DNA of 64,000 bases from the human T2T-CHM13v2.0 reference genome, Homo sapiens. A model generated the notes under the pieces. It ran no database searches. It saw only the letters and a program-made list of their open reading frames with translations, and had not been told where the DNA came from. Below, in pieces: positions 60,868 through 64,000 of the stretch. The stretch is from assembly GCF_009914755.1 (NCBI RefSeq), contig NC_060945.1; one strand, 5' to 3'. The first letter of the stretch is position 1. Each line of letters begins with the position of its first letter. The position numbers and the translations under genes were made by a program.

Positions 60868-62003
60868 TTCATATTTTGAGAAATTAATTTAACAGACATA
60901 AGGCTCATTTTTCTGAATTTAGAGGTAAATATTAATGTACAAAAATCTCAGGAATTTTTCTTTTCAGATATCTTAAATTCTTTGAGCTTTAATCTTGCCA
61001 TCTCTAAATGAGGAATGTTGCCAACTAAAAAATGAGGTCTGAACTGCTCCCCTCAGGCCCTTCATTTCCCAGAGCATCTGTTATACAGTGTTTATGTTAA
61101 GCACCTGAAATGGGCTAGAGGTTCTAAAATAAGGAAGAATTGGTGTGGCTAAGTAAACAGAATGCAAGAGTTGTGTAAATCTTATTTTCTGCAAGAACTG
61201 TCCTTGATTAATAGGCTTAAATAACAACATAATTTATTTATCTCAGAGAACATATTACTGTACTTTATCTGTTTGAAAGCTTTATAAAAGGCAAGGAAAA
61301 GAAAAGAAAATGTGTGAAATCCAAATATCAATATCATCATTCAATTTTGTTGTAACATGTACTGTCAATATAACTTACTCAAGCATTTATGTTTTCTAAA
61401 TTATTAGACTAATGAAATGGAAGGCATTCTTTTCAAAATGTCAAATTTCAGCTAATTTACAAGTGCAAATTTTATCTGGTTAAGCATTTACATATCAAGC
61501 CACTATAAGATTTAGGGGAACTGCTTATTCCTTTAGTCCTGCCCCATGCCCTCTATAAAGGTCTTTCTGTTAAAGTTCGTGCCATTATCAAAAACATAGT
61601 AATTGAGTTTATATAGGAAATTTAACTCAGTGGCTAAGAACCAGGGCTCTGGACTCAGTATAACTAATATGGAATTATAGTAACACAGGTCAGAATCTAG
61701 GATGAGTAATTTAATCATATGTAAAATAAGAATTGTTATAATAATATCTCATGGGGTTATTTTGAGAATTAGATGAGATAATGTATATAAATTGGATAGC
61801 CGCACATATGGCACCTAATAAGGAGTTGTTGCTTTTATATTACCCTTTTATTCTTTTTTCAACTGGCATGGAATTCAGAAGGTAGCTTTTGTTTTAAAGA
61901 CAAAAATTATTTTTGAAGAAATAATATTATATACAATGTTAGTAATTTTTATTTTTGTTAGATGATGTTATCAAATTATGTTTTCATTTAAAAAGGAAAG
62001 TAT

Positions 62004-62252
62004 AGGTGGGCGGGTCACAAGGTCAGGAGATCAAGACCATCCTGGCTAACACAGTGAAACCGCGAATCTACTAAAAATACAAAAAAAAATTAGCTGGGCG
62101 TGGTGGCGGGCGCCTGTAGTCCCAGCTACTCGGTAGGCGTGACAGGAGAGTGGCGTGAACCCGGGAGGCGGAGCTTACAGTGAGCCGAGTTCGTGCCACT
62201 GCACTCCAGCCTGGGTGACTTGTGAGACTCCGTCAAAAAAAAAAAAAAAAAA
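62004..62252 (+). mobile_element. AluY, 5'-truncated
   Basis: gaccatcctggctaacac, tggcgtgaacccgggaggcggagctt. Confidence 0.92.
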
Positions 62253-62536
62253 GAAAAAAGAAAGTAAATATGTGAATCTTTCTTTGCAAATATTAAAATA
62301 ATTTAAAAATGTAGATTATGAAATTTTAAACAGACTTTACTGGAATACTCCAAATCAAGGATATTTGAAAATTGGTTTTTTAATCATTTTAGCTGTAGAA
62401 ATCATTTTATTTGAAGACTTTGTGTGTGTGTGTGTGTGGCAGAGAGAGAAAGAAAGAGATTATTAATGAGAGCAGTTACTGCAAAACATACTAATACATT
62501 TTACCTACCAAAATATGAATTTCAGTCAATATATCC

Positions 62537-62787
62537 TAAGGGTATGTATTTCATAGCTTTGAAGATCTTTAAAAGTATCTTATTGCAGGTTTGTGTTCAA
62601 AGGAGTTGATCTTTTCAAGTCTATGGAACATCTTGAAGAGCAACAGAAGAGCAGGGTTTGTAAGGGTGTGTTTCATAGCTTCGATGATCTTGAAAAGTAT
62701 GGTCTTATAGCAGATTTGTGCTCAAGAGTTAATCTTCCTTTTCAAGACTGTGGAAGATCTTGAAGAGCAACAGAAGAGTAGGGTTTT
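62537..62787. repeat. ~125-bp diverged tandem duplication
   Basis: Copies 62537-62660 and 62661-62787 share taagggt..tttcatagctt..atcttgaagagcaacagaagag..agggttt. Confidence 0.92.
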
Positions 62788-63070
62788 TAATAAATGGTTC
62801 CTCTTTGCTGCAATATTTAATATTTCAGTATTGCATTTAAGAATGGTAACTATGGTTCATTATTATAATTCAGAATGCTAATTAAATCTTTATATTGTAT
62901 AAATAACTAGTCTGGCTTCATATTTAAAGTCTTTCTGCCCAGACAATTAAGATTTTTAGATATATTAAAACCAAATAAAAATGATTCATTTTTAAAGAAT
63001 AAAAATAAAAGAATTATGTTCTGTAAATGTGTGACCATACTATTGTTTTTTAAAAATCCTGAAAGGATAT

Positions 63071-63300
63071 GGCCAGATATGGCAGCTCATGCCTGTAATC
63101 CTCACATTTTGGGAGGCCAAGGTGGGAAGATTGCTTGAGCCCAGGAGCTTGAGACCAGCCTGGGCAACACAGGGAGATGCTGTCTCTACAAAAAATAAAA
63201 AAATTTGTTGGGCATGGTGGCGTGCACCTGTGGTTCTGGCTACTTAGGAGGCTGAGGTAAGGAGGATCCCTTGAGCCCAGAGAGAGACCCCGTCTTAAAA
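63071..63300 (+). mobile_element. AluJ with internal deletion, followed by TA/CA/TG low-complexity sequence (~63300-63430)
   Basis: gattgcttgagcccaggag AluJ diagnostic. Confidence 0.88.
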
Positions 63301-63747
63301 TATGCATGTTTGTATGTATGTGTACGTATATATGTATACACACACAGATACAAATATATATGTGTGTGAATGAAAATACATATATATCTATATATAAAAA
63401 CACAGATATATAAAAATATGTGTGTGTGCATCCTGAAAGGGTGTTGTAAATGTCAAGAATAAAAATCATCCAGTTTGATGTATTTTATAGTGCATTTCTA
63501 GAATGTACATATTTTGATACTTAAAACTGTTAACAGACATTAACAAAAAACATACAGAAACTTTAAAAGATTATCATAGTGGAGAAATTCAAGCCCACTC
63601 CAGTCCACTCCTGATGTCACTTCAGTCTGCTGTTAAAAGTGAAACACAGACAAGGCAAATAAATAAATAAATAAAATACAAATATCATAGGATTTTTTCC
63701 TCAAGAAAGTTGATATGCAATTCCTGCCTCAGAATAGATAGAAACTA

Positions 63748-64000
63748 GGCTGGGGTTATGGAAGCTCATGCCTGTAATTCCAGCACTTTGGGAGGCCAAG
63801 GTGGGAGGATTGCTTGAGCTCAGGAATTAGAGACCAATCTGGGCAACATAGTGAGACCCCCATCTCTACAACAAAATTTATAAAACAATATATGGGGATG
63901 ATGGCCCACACCTGTCGTCTCACCTACTCGGAAAACTGAGGCAGGAGGGTCACTTGAGCCCAGGAGCCCAAGAATACAGTGAGCTGTGATCACACAAACT
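63748..64000 (+). mobile_element. AluJ (runs off window end)
   Basis: ggaggattgcttgagctcagga...gggcaacatagtgagacccc. Confidence 0.9.

Overview
Primate, almost certainly human, genomic DNA covering the 5' end of NCAM2 (neural cell adhesion molecule 2, chr21q21.1 by prior knowledge). It contains about 16.8 kb of upstream sequence, a CpG-island promoter (~15.65-16.9 kb), exon 1, and the first ~47 kb of the very long intron 1. Exon 1 carries 55 coding nt (16950-17004, MSLLLSFYLLGLLVSSGQ/A signal peptide, phase-1 GT donor). I see no other credible protein-coding exon; the supplied ORFs are Alu, L1, LTR or low-complexity artefacts. The rest is AT-rich sequence with more than 20 Alus, old L1 pieces (two with inverted 5' segments), THE1/MLT/MST/MER41B solo LTRs, a deleted MER34-family provirus, a full-length dead Tigger1, MER2, MER20, MER91 and microsatellites. 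I cannot claim a new biological system. The strongest anomaly is a ~100-bp CpG-undepleted, compositionally flat segment at 35921-36020 that does not look like its surroundings and has only a partial tRNA-like echo on the minus strand. Other leads are a transposon-borne tandem CTCF pair, a MER41B with one intact GAS site, a hexamer/pentamer repeat inside the CpG island, and close inverted Alu pairs. Repeat subfamily calls are from memory of consensus sequences and need RepeatMasker/Dfam confirmation.
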